Of a stretch of DNA of 64,000 bases, positions 11,619 through 23,864 are shown piece after piece (the first letter of the stretch is position 1; each line of letters opens with the position of its first letter). The position numbers and the translations under genes are program-made. This DNA comes from Diplonema japonicum (Eukaryota > Protista > Euglenozoa: Diplonemea). The stretch lies in contig OZ025660.1 of the NCBI GenBank assembly GCA_964019335.1, positions 124,001 through 188,000 on the forward strand, read 5' to 3'. Under the pieces are notes generated by a model. That model was not told the DNA's origin and ran no database searches. It worked only from the letters and a program-made list of their open reading frames with translations.

Positions 11619-14520
11619 TTACTGAAACTGCTGCTGTGGATAGTGGCCAGGGGGACCCGGTGGGGGGTATGCGGCTGAATATGACCCCATCTGTAAGTGT
11701 TGTTTCCCCCCGTTTCACCCCCTCCCCTTTCTTCCCCTACTTACCGGTGGAGGCACGGACATGAGTGGGAGAGGAGCGGCAACAGGAGAAACTCCCACCT
11801 GATGGAATTGTGGCGGCCCGTTGAAACCCTGTTTTTTATTATTCTTCAAGTTTGTTCATTTTCTCGCTTCATCCCTTCCTCCCTTCATACTTGCATCTGC
11901 GGATGGAGGGGCATAGGTGGCGGGGTGGACTCATGGTCTTGCATCTTCTGGGGCGGCTGGAGGGGCCCTGGCTGGGGCGACTAAAGAGGAAGAAAAAGTA
12001 GGTTGGAACAAAAATAACAAAGCTAAACATACATTAGTGTTGACAAGGTGCACTAGCTGTACGGAGCAACTGGGCACCATTCCTGCCTGGCCCCTTGCGT
12101 TGACGTAAGGGACACCTGTGGATGTGGATGTGGATGTGGATGTGGATGTGATTAAGTAACCCAACCATACCATTGAGCAGTGCAGGGGGGTCCATCGTCG
12201 GATGTGCTTGAGACGCGTCTTTGGGAAAGAAAGCAGCAGCGTCTGGGTTGAGGCGTGCCTTCTCGCTGTTCAGGAGGTGCAGGTTGTGCAAGGTGTTGAG
12301 CTGCGACATAGGTGGCCCGAGGGCTGGGGGCGAGGGGAGGTCTGAGTTGTTGGACACAGGGGAGTTGGACCTGGCATCAGTCTTCTCTGTCTTGAACTCG
12401 TGCGTCTCAGGCGGCACGTTGATGTTCCCTATGTTGATGCTGCTCTCAGTCCCGTGCCGCATCTTGTCGTCGTCTTCGTCATCCTTCTTGTCAGCCCACC
12501 CGTTGCTCGCCTGCGGCCGCACCTTGCTTGGGTGCAGCTTTCCTGCCCTCAGCAGGCTGTACTCCTCGTCGGTGACCGAGCCATCCGGCACATCCTTCCC
12601 GAGCCACATGCCGTCCACTGTGCCCAGGTCACCTTTGCGCTGTTCGTTGCTGAAGATGATAGTCCTCCGCTGCTTCCTGTTCAAGCCAGGGGGGTACAAG
12701 TAACCACTGTGTGTAAAAGCTCTGCTGCAGGACTTCCCCTGCCCGTAGCCCCCTTTGCCTCGCCTCTCCGGAGGTGGGCTTCTCCCGTCTCGATAGCTGT
12801 AGTCCCTCCTCTCGTAGCACTCTCTGTCCCTGCCCATCCCCTTCCCCATCCTGTAGTCACCCCGGTCGTACCTGTCGTAGCGCTCGTACCCTTTGCCGCC
12901 CTTCTTGCCGCCCTTCTCCCTTGGTGGCTCCCAGTTCTCCCTCTCGTCGTAGTCGTCTTTGTTCCTCCTTGCCCACATGGGCGGCGGAGCATGGTGCTTG
13001 GGGTGGCCGTGTTGATGGTGATGATGGTGGTGGTGGTGGTGATGGTGATGGTGGTGTTGATGCTGCTGCTGCTGCTGCTGCTGGCTGTGTTCCCCGAATG
13101 CGTTGGTGCTGGTAGTCTTCATCTTGCCAATGATGGGGCTGTCTGATAGACCGGAGTCGGCCCAGTGTTTCACGGGAGACGGTCCGCACGGGGGCTCAAT
13201 GTGCTGCTGGCTGGGGGAGACGGTCGGGGACACCTTGGGCTTCGATTGTGGGGTTGAGCCAGTGGAGCCAAGGGGTGAGAGGGCGGAAAAAGACTTGTAG
13301 GTGGTGGTTGCCGGGGGTATTTTGCGTGCACTGAGGATAGGGAGCAGCGGGACACACAGAGCAGTGTCAGTCTCAGACTTGCTGCGCGGTCTCGCCCCTG
13401 AGTGCTCCACGGGCCTACCCCTCTCGAGGGGCGTAGCTGCGACAAGAGGTACGCTCTCTACTATGTTGTTCTCCACCAGTGAGGGGTTCAGGCATATCAC
13501 ACCAGCCTTCTTCGCTCGTGCGGAGGGGTTCTCCTTAGGTGGGGGTGGGACTGGTGTGTCGCTGGAGATCGACGCCTGACGCATCCTCAGCATAGTTCCT
13601 GTGCCTGCCCCCGCTCGTGCAGACATAGCTATGACCCTCTCGATGCTCGGCGACTCCAACGACACCCTTGCGTCAGGCACGTCGCGTGTGTCAGGCGGTG
13701 GCGTGCTGTGCGGCCTCTTCTTCGCCATCATCATCTCCAAGGCTTCTGACTGGCAGAGCTCATCGCTTATCTTCTGGCACGAAGTGCTCTCGTAGACACG
13801 TTCCGTCCCCCGCTTCATCCTGTTGTGCGGGTTGAACACCAGCTTGATGTCGCCCAGCCTTTGCACCAGCTGGTGTTGCAGCATGTCCTGAAGGGTCTTG
13901 TCTCGCGAGGACACCCACAGCTGCAGCGTGCACGTGTTGTTGCCCTTGTTGGTGATCCCTGCACCGCAGATCATGTCGCCCCCTTCGAACATCTCTGCTA
14001 CGACAGCTAGAGAGAGGTCCATCCAGAGCTTCCCGACCTGCGGCTCTTCGGGGAGGAGGATGGTGAAGTGCCCGCCGCATTTGTTGGCTTCGTCCTCCCA
14101 GCGGGGCCGTATCCCTGCCCGGAAGAGGTACCACGAGCTGCCTTTATGCCGCGGTGTGCCCAGTGCACCATGCCAGTCCCAGAAGGTCTTGATGTTCCCA
14201 AAGGTGCCCAGGACCTTGAGATCTTGGTATGTCTCGCCTTTGTCGCTTTGCTCCCATGAGTCGATCCAGAAGGACCACGTCTTGCTCAGCATTTGGCTCT
14301 GTCCCCACACCTTTCCACCTGTGCACGTTGGGGTCATGTTCCTGTCTGAGAGGCTCCACAGCCTCTCTTCAATCGCCTTTGGCGACAAGGGCTTGATGAG
14401 GGCAGCCTTTCCCTTGGTGGCACTCGCAGGAGCGCTTGCTGCGTAGATTTCACCAGCAAAGAGATCGTCCATTTCCTCGTGGTACAGCCGCCCCCTCTCG
14501 TACCCTGGTGTCTTCGCCAT
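11619..14520 (-). CDS. eIF4E-family cap-binding protein with a very long low-complexity C-terminal extension (poly-Q/His, RG/RD-rich, PAM2-like motif, Pro-rich tail); 4 introns
   Basis: eIF4E motifs LSKTWSFW, FW, YLFRAGIRPRWEDEANKCGG, LW, ICG and LW; RLNPDAAAFFP. Predicted introns at 12116-12170, 11981-12032, 11829-11890 and 11691-11744 restore a frame ending ...GHYPQQQFQ* at 11619. Confidence 0.85.
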
Positions 14521-15706
14521 GTTTGAGATCGAAGCCCCTGCAGTGTGGTGCGTGGTCTACAGATATAAGAAGAAGAAGAAGAGGGTAAACAAGCTTTAGG
14601 TGGGAGGGGGAGAAATAAAATAAAAAAGGTCATACGGAGAGTGTAGTGTAAGAAGAATATTACCCCCCCCCCCCCCATGCCCACTGCCACAGAACCACTT
14701 CCCATTGCTCTTAAGAGAAAGCTTCTTGTGACCAAGACTCAAAGGCGTCGTAGGCAAAGGCTCCGAGAACTCGTATGATCTAGACCATCAAAGGCAGCAA
14801 TAAGTGGATTGCTGTAGCAATAGGTGGGGGGTGTTTTAGATAAGAAATACCAAGTTCCCTTCCCCTGGAGAGTTGGGGCCCTGCTCCACTTCTGGTAGCT
14901 GTACCAAAGAGCCGAATTTTAAGTCCTTCCCCAAGAGGGGGGGCATAACAGCACGTTAAGGGAGGGGGGAATGTAAATATGTGGGTCAGTCTGGTTTCGA
15001 AAACCCCAAGAGAGGGTGGGGGTGGGGGTGGGGTGGGAAGCAATAAATAGATCGCATCTGTTCTCTTATTATCTCCCCCCCCCCCCCCTTTCTTTCTCTT
15101 CCCCCTTTCTACCGAGGAGTACTTCTTTCCGGAACGAAGGGGGAAGAAGAAGGAAAAAAAAATTCTTGGGGGCGGGGTTCGAAAATCAGCTGAATGGCAA
15201 GTTATTCCTTAGCTTTGGAATTTGTAATTACAAAATCCTGGAAGAAGAAGAAAAAAAAAAGAAATACCCCCTGTTAGAGATAAGGGGATGAAAAAGAGAG
15301 AGGGGAAATGTAAATGTTAGTATTAAAAAAAAAAAGGGAGGGGGAGGAAGAAACAAGTAAAGTTGCTCACTGCGCTTCGCTTGAGTATCAAAGTCATAAG
15401 CGCATGTTCTCTCACGAAAAATAAACCTTTCCCCTTAAAAAAAAAAAAAAGCTAGACCTGGCTTTACAACGAAGCACAGACTGGCTTAGAAGGGGCAGGG
15501 TGGTGTAACCCCTTTTCGGGGAAGAAGCGAAGAACCCCCCTTGAAAGAATACACATTCCCCTGCTGTTCTTTTCTTTTTATTCTTATTTCTTTATTCCTC
15601 CCCGAACTCCCTAGGGGGGATGACAGAGAGGGCTTAAAGAAAGCTTTAAAAAAGATTCTTGTTTTCTTTGGACAACAAAAAAGCTGAAAGGCAAGGAGGG
15701 ATAGGG

Positions 15707-15739
<33 letters not shown>

Positions 15740-18700
15740 TTTTTTTTGCCTTTAATTACTAAAAGAGAGGTAAAAGCATCTTTCTCTTTTTTTTTTTTTT
15801 CTTCTCTTCTTTTTGTGCTGCAGAGAAAGATCTAAATAATAAATTAAACCATTAAAGGACGTTTACGCCCTTTACGTGCAGTAGGTTTTTCTTAATTTAA
15901 AAACATCCTCAAGCAGTGGGGTTGTAACGGTGCAAAGAGAATTCGTCAGAATCAGTACTGCTCATATGAGCTATAGTACCAGCCTTGAGGGCCAAATGAT
16001 TTCTTCTGTAGAAAAGAAATCGCGCATAAAAATTAATGGTTAAAAAGATAAAAATGCGGGGTGGATGAAAAGAAAAAAAAAAAGTAGGGGGGCATAAAAA
16101 CTCCCCACTGAAATAAAAAAAAACCCCTCCCATTCTTTTCCTTTTTTGCGGAGTGGAAAAAAAAAAAAAAAAAAAGAAAATAGAATAGGATAAAAGTCTA
16201 GATGTGTACCCTGTAACTCCGAAGTCTCTTTCTTTCTTTTCCTACTTGGAGCAAAAGTAAAAGAGAAGAAGAGAAGAACTAAGGTGAGGATTGAGAAGAG
16301 CCGGTAATCATATAAAAGTATGTCATCACACTTCTATGGTTCGATATTCTTATTGCTATTTCTTCTTTTTATTTTTTTTATGTTCGTTTTTTTTTTAAAA
16401 AAAGGGGGGGAGGGGGGAAACAGGACTCATTAAAAAAAAGTAATGGGGGGAATGAACTTCTTCGTCCCCCCAGTACACCTTTTTTTCTTTTTTAAAAATA
16501 AAAAATTATTTATGATGGGGGAGAAGTCAGACTGCCAGTGGGATTGAAAAAAAATACTCCCACATTTTTTTTTTGTCCCCCTTCCCATTTTTCTTTTTTT
16601 TTTTTTTTTGCAAGTTAAAAAAAAAAAAAAAAAAAAACATGCTTTTGAGTACATTTAAACCCGTGTGTTGTCAAACACCGGAGGTGGAGGAAAAAGAAAA
16701 AAAAAAAAGAAAAAAGAAAAGACTGCACAAACAAAAATCTGAACCTCTGCCCCTTCCCTAAAATTATCAGTCCCCACCTGTCACGGCACCGCCTTCTTCT
16801 TTAAGGGGAGATGCGTAAACAGTGGGAAAAGCAAGGGAGGGACATTGGCCCTCGGTGGCTGCGCAGTTCTAGTATGGCGAAAACGACCGAACTGTATTCT
16901 CCTTGATCATTCTTCGCCATTCTTTTTTTTTTTTTGGAGGGGGAGAGGGATGGGGGGGGGGGGGGGGGGGGAGACAACTTCTAAAAATCTAATTTAACCC
17001 AAATATGGTGTCGCTCTCAAGTGTTTTGGGTTTTAAAAAAAAAAAGAGGAAGGTCACACACTACTGATGGGGGGGGGGGGGGGGGGGGCACAATGGGGGG
17101 GGGGCACAATAATAAAAAAAAGAAAACAAACAAACAAGACGCGGAAAGAAGAATAAAGTAAATAGGCCTCCTCTTTCGGTGGGCACTTTGGCTTCTTCCT
17201 CTGAGCGGAGGGGGCTCTTGTGGGAAGGGTTAAAATCTCTATGGTTTTGTTTCCTTCCTTTCGTTCTTTACTGGTTTTCTTCTTTCTTTTTCTTTTTTTC
17301 TTTAAATACACCGGTGCATTGAGCGAGACAGGCACGAAGGAAACCTACTTTTTTGCTTTTTCTTGGTAAGTTTTGGTAAGTCCTTTTTTTCCCCCCACCT
17401 GATTCTCTGTCTCTACCAGTGGTTATTGTTTTTTTTTTTTTTTTTTTCCAGTCCTTTTTTTTTATTCTTGTCTAAGTTTTCATATTTCTTTGTTTTCTTT
17501 TCTCGGACTATTCGATGGAGGTATCTATCTGGTTTACTTAAAATGAATGTTTCAATGTGTGCTATTTCTTTTTCTTTTTTTTTTCTTTCGGGCTTTGGTG
17601 CGCGTGCTTTTTTTCGAATTGGAAAGACAGGGAAGAAAGAAATCCTATAGACGGTTGATTGCATTTCATCGACCTCCGTTCTCGGAAGCAGAAAAAAAAA
17701 TGAAGAAGGGCAGGGGAAGAAAAAAAAAAGAAAAAGAAGAAGAAAAAAAGAAATCTTCTTTTTTTTGTGTTGGTGTGTTGTGTGGGGTCCCCCCCCCCCC
17801 CCCCCCCCCCTTCTTGTTCCAACAAAAAAAAGGAAAAGAAGTACTGAATAAAAAAAAGAAAAAGACAAAAATAAAAAAGAGAGAGAGACAAACCGTGAAG
17901 ACGAGCTGTTGAGTCTCCATGAGTATATAAAAAAAAAAGAAACTATCGCCGGCACTTTCTTATTGCTTTTTTTTTTTTTTTTTTTTTTTTTTTTCTCGCT
18001 GCAGAATCCATTGTATATGATCAGCTAAAAAAAAAAAAAATTCTTTTTTTGCATGCCAGTGATTAGTTCAAGAGATGTATGCTTAAAACATGGCACAGGC
18101 ACTCCTAGGCCCGTCAGCTCATATTTTTTGGGAAAGAAGAAGAAAAAAAAAAGAACAAACAAAATCAATAAGTAATTTAAAAAAAAAATGGGGTGAAAAA
18201 TAGAGGAAAAAAAAGAGGTTTTTTTTTTTTCTTCTTTCATACAGGGTGAGGGGGGTTTCGTGATCGCGGGTACCGAGGTACCAGCCTGTTGGGGCCCAAA
18301 AGTTGGATGGTTTACTTTTCTCTTTTTTTCTTTAAAGAGATCCGTTTGATGATGCCGCAGATGGTGCTTTTAGCGGACTTTTTTCTTCTTTATTCTTTTA
18401 AAAAAAAAAAAGGAAGAGAAAAGAACAAAGTAGAGAAATAAGGGAGCTCGCATTATAGAGGAATAAAAAAAAAAAGAGGGAAAACGTGAATTTCTCCCTC
18501 CCCATCCCCATCCCCCTTCTTTTCTTACCTTTTTTCATTTTCAAAAAAAAAAAGTCGTTTTTTCTTTTTCTTTTCTTTTTCTTTTATATTTTGCAATCTT
18601 CCTTCGTAGGAATTCTGTACTTCCCCTCCACTTTTTTCTTTTCTTTTTTTTCTTCTTCGAAAAAAAAGAAGGAGAAAAAAAAATGGGAGGGTAAAATTAT

Positions 18701-18857
18701 TAATTAATCCAAAAGCTGCGCACACCGGGTACGGGTACTTGTTGTTTGTTTCCGACACCCTTTTTTCATTCCTCTTTCAATTCTAAAGCAACGCCAACTC
18801 ACAATGTCGTCTCTTTCTTTTTCTTTTTTTTATTTTTCTTTTTTAGATGATTCTTCT

Positions 18858-19277
18858 TTAACCATCTACCAACGGACCATTTTTGCCCACCAGGGGGTAA
18901 TTTTTCAAAAAAAATTCAAAAAAAAAAAAAACAAAAAAAAAAAAAAAAAACTATTGTAACGCAACGGGGCTGTTTACCACCTGAAATGCCTCCAGATGTC
19001 CTTATTCTAGAGAGGGTACCCACAGCAGAGGCTGCATCAAAATTGCATAAGTCCTCTTCGGGCCTCTTTCCGGGCGCAATTCTTTGAAGTGATTTTTAAG
19101 GGTAAATCTGGGCTGGCGTTTTTATTTTATTTTTTCATTTTCTTGTAAAGTTAGGGCAGTATTTAGTTTATATTTTTCATATTTTCCGTGCAGGACCCCG
19201 AAAGCCCTTAGCGCAAAAAGATTTTCGTTTTTTTTTTCAAATCGTCTATTTATGGACGCTCGTTGGTAGATGGTTAA
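18858..19277. mobile_element. piggyBac-like MITE (TTAA target duplication, 13-bp TIR)
   Basis: TTAA|CCATCTACCAACG (18858-18874) ... CGTTGGTAGATGG|TTAA (19261-19277): perfect inverted repeat, non-coding interior. Confidence 0.8.
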
Positions 19278-19401
19278 AAAACATTATTTTCTTTCATTTT
19301 AATCCTGGGGGGGGTTCGATCCCTCCCCCTATAAATTAAAAAATAATATCGGTTTTTTTTTTTCTTCTTTTTTTTTTCTTCTTCTTTTTATAAAAAAAAC
19401 T

Positions 19402-20139
19402 CTACCAACGGGCAACAGGATAAGCCACAGTAAGAACGAGATTTGCCTCACCAGACTTCTTAATCAGCGTCGTGATCTCCGAGTCGGTGAACACAGGGAT
19501 GCTGTTCACGCTTAACACAGTCATGTTCCTGGCAACCCCTGCCAACTGTGAAGAGGAGCGGGGGACAACCCCAGCAACCCGCGTACCCTTCAAGATCAGC
19601 CCCACTGATGTGTTGGGCTTTCGTGAAATCTGGAGTGAGAACAAACAGGCAGGCTGTGCCATGGGTGGAACTTCCCGGTCTCGCTCATCAATGGTAGCTT
19701 GCATGTTGGCGAACTCCTCATTCGACACATGGAGGTTCCATCCGCATGCGGTGGCAAAGGCCACTTCTAGCCTGTTCAGCTCTTGCAGACAGACCCCTCC
19801 AACTGCCGCATAGGCCCTGTTTGAGAAGTACATGTCGTCTCGGTATTTCACAGCCATCACCAACGCAGCCAGGAGTATCCTGTGCACCGTGCTGCTGCAC
19901 ACAACAAGCTTGCTCCTTGCAATCAGAACCACCGCCCATGCATAACACTCCTTGCTGCACTTGATCTGGCTGTCCCACCACCGTACGTACTCCGCTAGTC
20001 CGATCTCGGGTACACTTGCCGAGCTGAAGACATCGCCACTGTCCATGGGGTCCACCACCATAAGACACTCCATGACACTCTCCACCCCCACACATGGGAC
20101 ACACGGAAACGGGGCACAAGGTGAAGGAGGCCCGCACAT
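19402..20139 (-). CDS. PHO80/U-type cyclin fused to a C-terminal PDZ-like domain
   Basis: F...VP.I....Y, CSKECY, VHRILLAALVMAVKYRDDMYFSN..YA.VGGV...ELN.LE. The C-terminus is SVGLIL.G..V.GV.P.S..QLAGV......SVNS..V. Confidence 0.88.
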   Translation of the reverse strand: MCGPPSPCAPFPCVPCVGVESVMECLMVVDPMDSGDVFSSASVPEIGLAEYVRWWDSQIKCSKECYAWAVVLIARSKLVVCSSTVHRILLAALVMAVKYRDDMYFSNRAYAAVGGVCLQELNRLEVAFATACGWNLHVSNEEFANMQATIDERDREVPPMAQPACLFSLQISRKPNTSVGLILKGTRVAGVVPRSSSQLAGVARNMTVLSVNSIPVFTDSEITTLIKKSGEANLVLTVAYPVARW

Positions 20140-20395
20140 TATTATTTTCTTTTTCTTTTTTCTTCTTTTCTGCCCTCCTTTTTTTTTTTTTCAATTTTTT
20201 AAAAAAAAAAAAAAAAAAAAACTATTCTAAAAAAAAAAAAAGGGGAATATTGAAAAAAAGAGGGGGCACAAAATCAAGGGGTCAAGGGTCAGGGGCAGGT
20301 GTAGAACACGTTGGTATCGTTTCTATAAAACAAAAAAAGAAATCGTTTTTTTTTTTTTTTTTTCCTTTTTTTTTTCTGTCACCTCCGCTTTCTCG

Positions 20396-21118
20396 TCACA
20401 TCTTGCTTGCTTGGAACAGGTTCTTGACCATGTCCTTGTTGAGCGGGTCGGAGGGCTTTCTCGTTGTGATGGCTGTCTTCCCGACGCGAAGGCCCTTGTA
20501 CACGGCTGGGCGGGAAGCAAGGACGGCCGCCCAGGCCTTAGTGCGGGGGTAGTCATCAAGAGACACTCCAAAACGCTTTGCAGGGACAACCCAAGGGTAC
20601 GAGGCCATGTCGGCTATAGTGTAATCTTCGTGAGCTATGTGCGCATGCTTGGCTAGCTGTGACTCGATAACAGAGAGCAGACGTTTGTACTCATTCCTAT
20701 ACCTGTTCAGGGAATATGTGGTGTCGGACTTTGTCAGATGAGGTGCGTAGTTTATGAAGTGAGAGAGCTGGCCAGCCATGGGGCCGAGCCCTCCCATCTG
20801 CCAGAACACCCATTGCATGACAAGGCTTTTTTCGTACTTGTCTTTTGGGATGAATTTGCCGGTTTTCTCAGCCAGGTGCTGCAGAATGGCACCGCTTTCA
20901 AATATGGTCAGTTCCTTGGCCTCGCCTGGAAAGGGCTCGTAGTCCACTAGGGCGGGCATCCTGCCGTTGGGGGACAGCTTCAGGAACTCTGGCGTTCGCT
21001 GGTCTCCTTTCATCAGATTCACCATTTTCAAATTGTATGGGATGTTCATCTCCTCGAGGGCTATAGATATCTTCCATCCGTTAGGTGTGGCTGCGTAGTA
21101 CAGGTCCATCGGACGCAT
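20396..21118 (-). CDS. Glutathione S-transferase, YfcG/Ure2p (nu)-class disulfide oxidoreductase
   Basis: TPNGWK, SPNGRMPALVD, IFESGAIL, QWVFWQMGGLGPMAGQ, YTIADMA.YPW and RPAV. Confidence 0.93.
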   Translation of the reverse strand: MRPMDLYYAATPNGWKISIALEEMNIPYNLKMVNLMKGDQRTPEFLKLSPNGRMPALVDYEPFPGEAKELTIFESGAILQHLAEKTGKFIPKDKYEKSLVMQWVFWQMGGLGPMAGQLSHFINYAPHLTKSDTTYSLNRYRNEYKRLLSVIESQLAKHAHIAHEDYTIADMASYPWVVPAKRFGVSLDDYPRTKAWAAVLASRPAVYKGLRVGKTAITTRKPSDPLNKDMVKNLFQASKM

Positions 21119-21954
21119 TGTGTGTGTGGTGTTTCTTTTTTCGTTTCTTTTTCTTTTTTTTTTCTTCCCCCAATAGAAGAATGAGAAGACAAATACAAAA
21201 AAAAAAAAAGGAAGAATCAACAGACCAAAATAAAATAAATAAAACTGAACAATTGAAAGGTCTTTTTTTTTTTCTTTTTTCTCCTCTCGCACGGGAAAAA
21301 AAAAAAAGAGAAAAAAAAAAAAGAAAAGAAAAGAAAAAAAAGATCCCATCATTATCTACAGTTCGGTCTCTCGACGATTTAAAAAAAAAAAGGGGGGGGA
21401 GGAAAAGGAATAACTTTCACTACTTTGTGCTTTTTCTTTTTGCATCCATTAAAGTAAAAAAAAATATCGGAGGTGGGGTGGATGGTAAAAGAGTAAACTT
21501 CTTTTTTTTTTTGCATACATCGAATGGGTGAAAAAGAGGAACTGACCGTTGTTTGTACGTGCCGGTAAAACCTGGAGAAGTTTGTAAACCCGAAACACGT
21601 TGCCCACGTTCTCGTTTTTGCTTTGACAAGTCAAAGACTTGTTTTGCAAAAAGAAATCGATCTATTTTTGCGGAGCGCTGGTTGGTGCCCGTCGTAAAAA
21701 AAAAAAAAAAAGAAGGAAGAAAAAAAAATCATTTTACTCGAATTTAATCTTCTTGTTCATTGCTTCCCGTGCAGATTGCTCCTGTTTTTTTTCTTTTTTT
21801 GCTGGAACAAGTAAACAAATTTTTGAAAAGAATTGTTATTGCAAAAAAGAGTAGAGGCAGCTTATCCGTCTACCCCTACTGTAGGTGAAAACGGCTTTGC
21901 ACAAACAATCAGCCGACTCTTTCTTCTTCTTCTTTTTTCTTTTTACTACATTAT

Positions 21955-22092
21955 TCATACCAATTCGCCCTCATCCTCTTCCTCAGCGTTTTCTTTCGAA
22001 AGCCCTTTCAAGTATTCTATTCTCGCATCCCGTGCCTCCTCAGTGGTCCCGATATAAGGTACACATTTCCCTTTTTTTTTTTTTTTTTTTTG

Positions 22093-22129
<37 letters not shown>

Positions 22130-23510
22130 CATTTTGTTTATACGCAGTGGGCTTTGCATGCGTGAAGACTGTCTTCAGCACGGGAATGGAGAACACGAAG
22201 AAAGGGAACGCGAACAGCCCATAAAGCGTCTGCAGCCAGTACAGCGTGGCGGTAAACCGCCAGTTTGAAATAATACCCCCCTCCCTATCGGAGCTTGTAA
22301 TACGAGCCTTGCTGTTCGCATGCCCAAACATAGACACCAAACCGAGCACTAAACACAGCAAGAAGACCACCATATCATACAACAGCCACTTCATAGTCCG
22401 ATGGCCCAAGTAAGGGTACTCCGACTCCGTCTTCCTCCTGTTCATCCTCGCCTCAGTTGTAGATGCCATGTACACTCCTTCTTCCATCGCTTTGAAGCCT
22501 CTTCTTTCATGATCAGCTTTGAGCAAAGCATGGTATGAACCTTTCTTTTTGCTGCCTTTGAGCAGGTAGAAGGCTATCCACACAACAACCATATGGCACA
22601 TTAGAAGAATCAGCCCGATAGCTTCAGGCCTCGACGACCCCCACACAGCATCGCAATTGGGTGGAAGCTTCGTTATGCAGGAGAAGAATAGTGCAGACCC
22701 TATGATAACCTTTATGACACCCATTGTGATGAACTGCATGGATTTGAACGACAGAATGTACTGTAAAAGCTGGAACTCATCTTCCTTATCGATGATTAGA
22801 AAGACGAAGAACCACAGGACCTGGAGGAGACCAGGGACAGGGACGAGGCTGAGCAGTTTGAAAACGACAAAAACAGGATCGCGAAATGACTGCCACACTG
22901 TTTTGTCATATGGATACAGCCCGTACCGCAGCCGTGCGATTAGCGGTGCACAACACGTCACATCAGATTCGTTATCCTCTGTTTGGATTGGGGGGCGGAA
23001 CCGGCCGAGGACGATTTCAATAACCTCTTCTTTAGTATCAAACCAAAAGGCGTCGATGACCCTGTCGACGCAGTTTTGCAACACGCGAGGCATGTATTTG
23101 TCTTTTGCGGCTGATTTGATCTTTGGGAGGAGCTTGTCTAGACCGGTGTCGAGGAGCTCTTCTACCCGTTCGAGTGCCCAGAGGTGTAGTTTTTCTTTGA
23201 TTTCCTTGAACCAGGCTTCTAGTTCCTCGCGTTTCTCTTTCAGCCATTCCTCGGCCTCCCGTTTTGTTTTTTCAACCCATTCTTCGATGGCGGCGAGGAC
23301 CTCTTTCAACTCGGATTCTATCTTTGCAATGGCGTGTTTGCCCAGCTCCTCTGCTTGTGCTACGAGTTCTGTTTTCTTCTCCTTTACCCTCTCGCTGACA
23401 TCGTCGAAGTTTAGCTTTTCATCGATAGAGTCGACCTTGTCCTTGATGGCTGCTTTCCCTTTTTCGAGGAGGGAGCCAAGGGGCATGTCCTTTTGGGTTG
23501 CGGTGTGCAT
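21955..23510 (-). CDS. Multi-pass membrane protein with an N-terminal amphipathic/coiled-coil region; 1 intron
   Basis: About 6 hydrophobic segments; motifs PYDK.VW and DEFQL..YIL.FK. Intron 22071-22129 (GTA-T31-AGAC-A20-G) yields ...YKQNGKCVPYIGTTEE...EGELV*. Confidence 0.8.
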
Positions 23511-23586
23511 TTGATATTGCAAAAAAAAATGGGGGGGGGAAAAAGAGAACATGATTTAAAAAAAAAAACTTTTTTTTCCCTTTTAT

Positions 23587-23859
23587 TTAACGTCGGGTCA
23601 GTACCTTCCTCGCCTTCCTCTTGACGCAGTCGAATGTGAGCAGGCCTATTTTGTTCCTGCTTCCCTCCCTCGCCACCCGTTTCTGCTCTTTCTTCTCCGC
23701 TTTCTTTTTCTGAAGCTGCTGTTTTACCGACTCCTCGACACTGTCCAGATTGAAAAGCAAGCTCCCGCAGTGCTCTAGGCGCCTGTCCTCCCTCACTACT
23801 GGTGCGTGTACCTTCTTCTTTTTTCTAGCTATGGCGGTTTTGTTCTGCGATCGCGTCAT
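23587..23859 (-). CDS. Small basic hypothetical protein (90 aa)
   Basis: Homopolymer-free ORF with coding-like composition, on the cluster strand. Confidence 0.55.
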   Translation of the reverse strand: MTRSQNKTAIARKKKKVHAPVVREDRRLEHCGSLLFNLDSVEESVKQQLQKKKAEKKEQKRVAREGSRNKIGLLTFDCVKRKARKVLTRR

Positions 23860-23864
23860 CTTGA

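Noticed and set aside
12118-12150. (HI)n peptide in the eIF4E ORF
   Set aside because: It is a (CACATC)n microsatellite inside a predicted intron.
19258-19330. tRNA-like A-box (TGGTAGATGG) and T-arm (GGTTCGATCCC)
   Set aside because: No acceptor or anticodon stem can be formed; the 5' part is the MITE TIR and the arm is a G-run/C-run coincidence.
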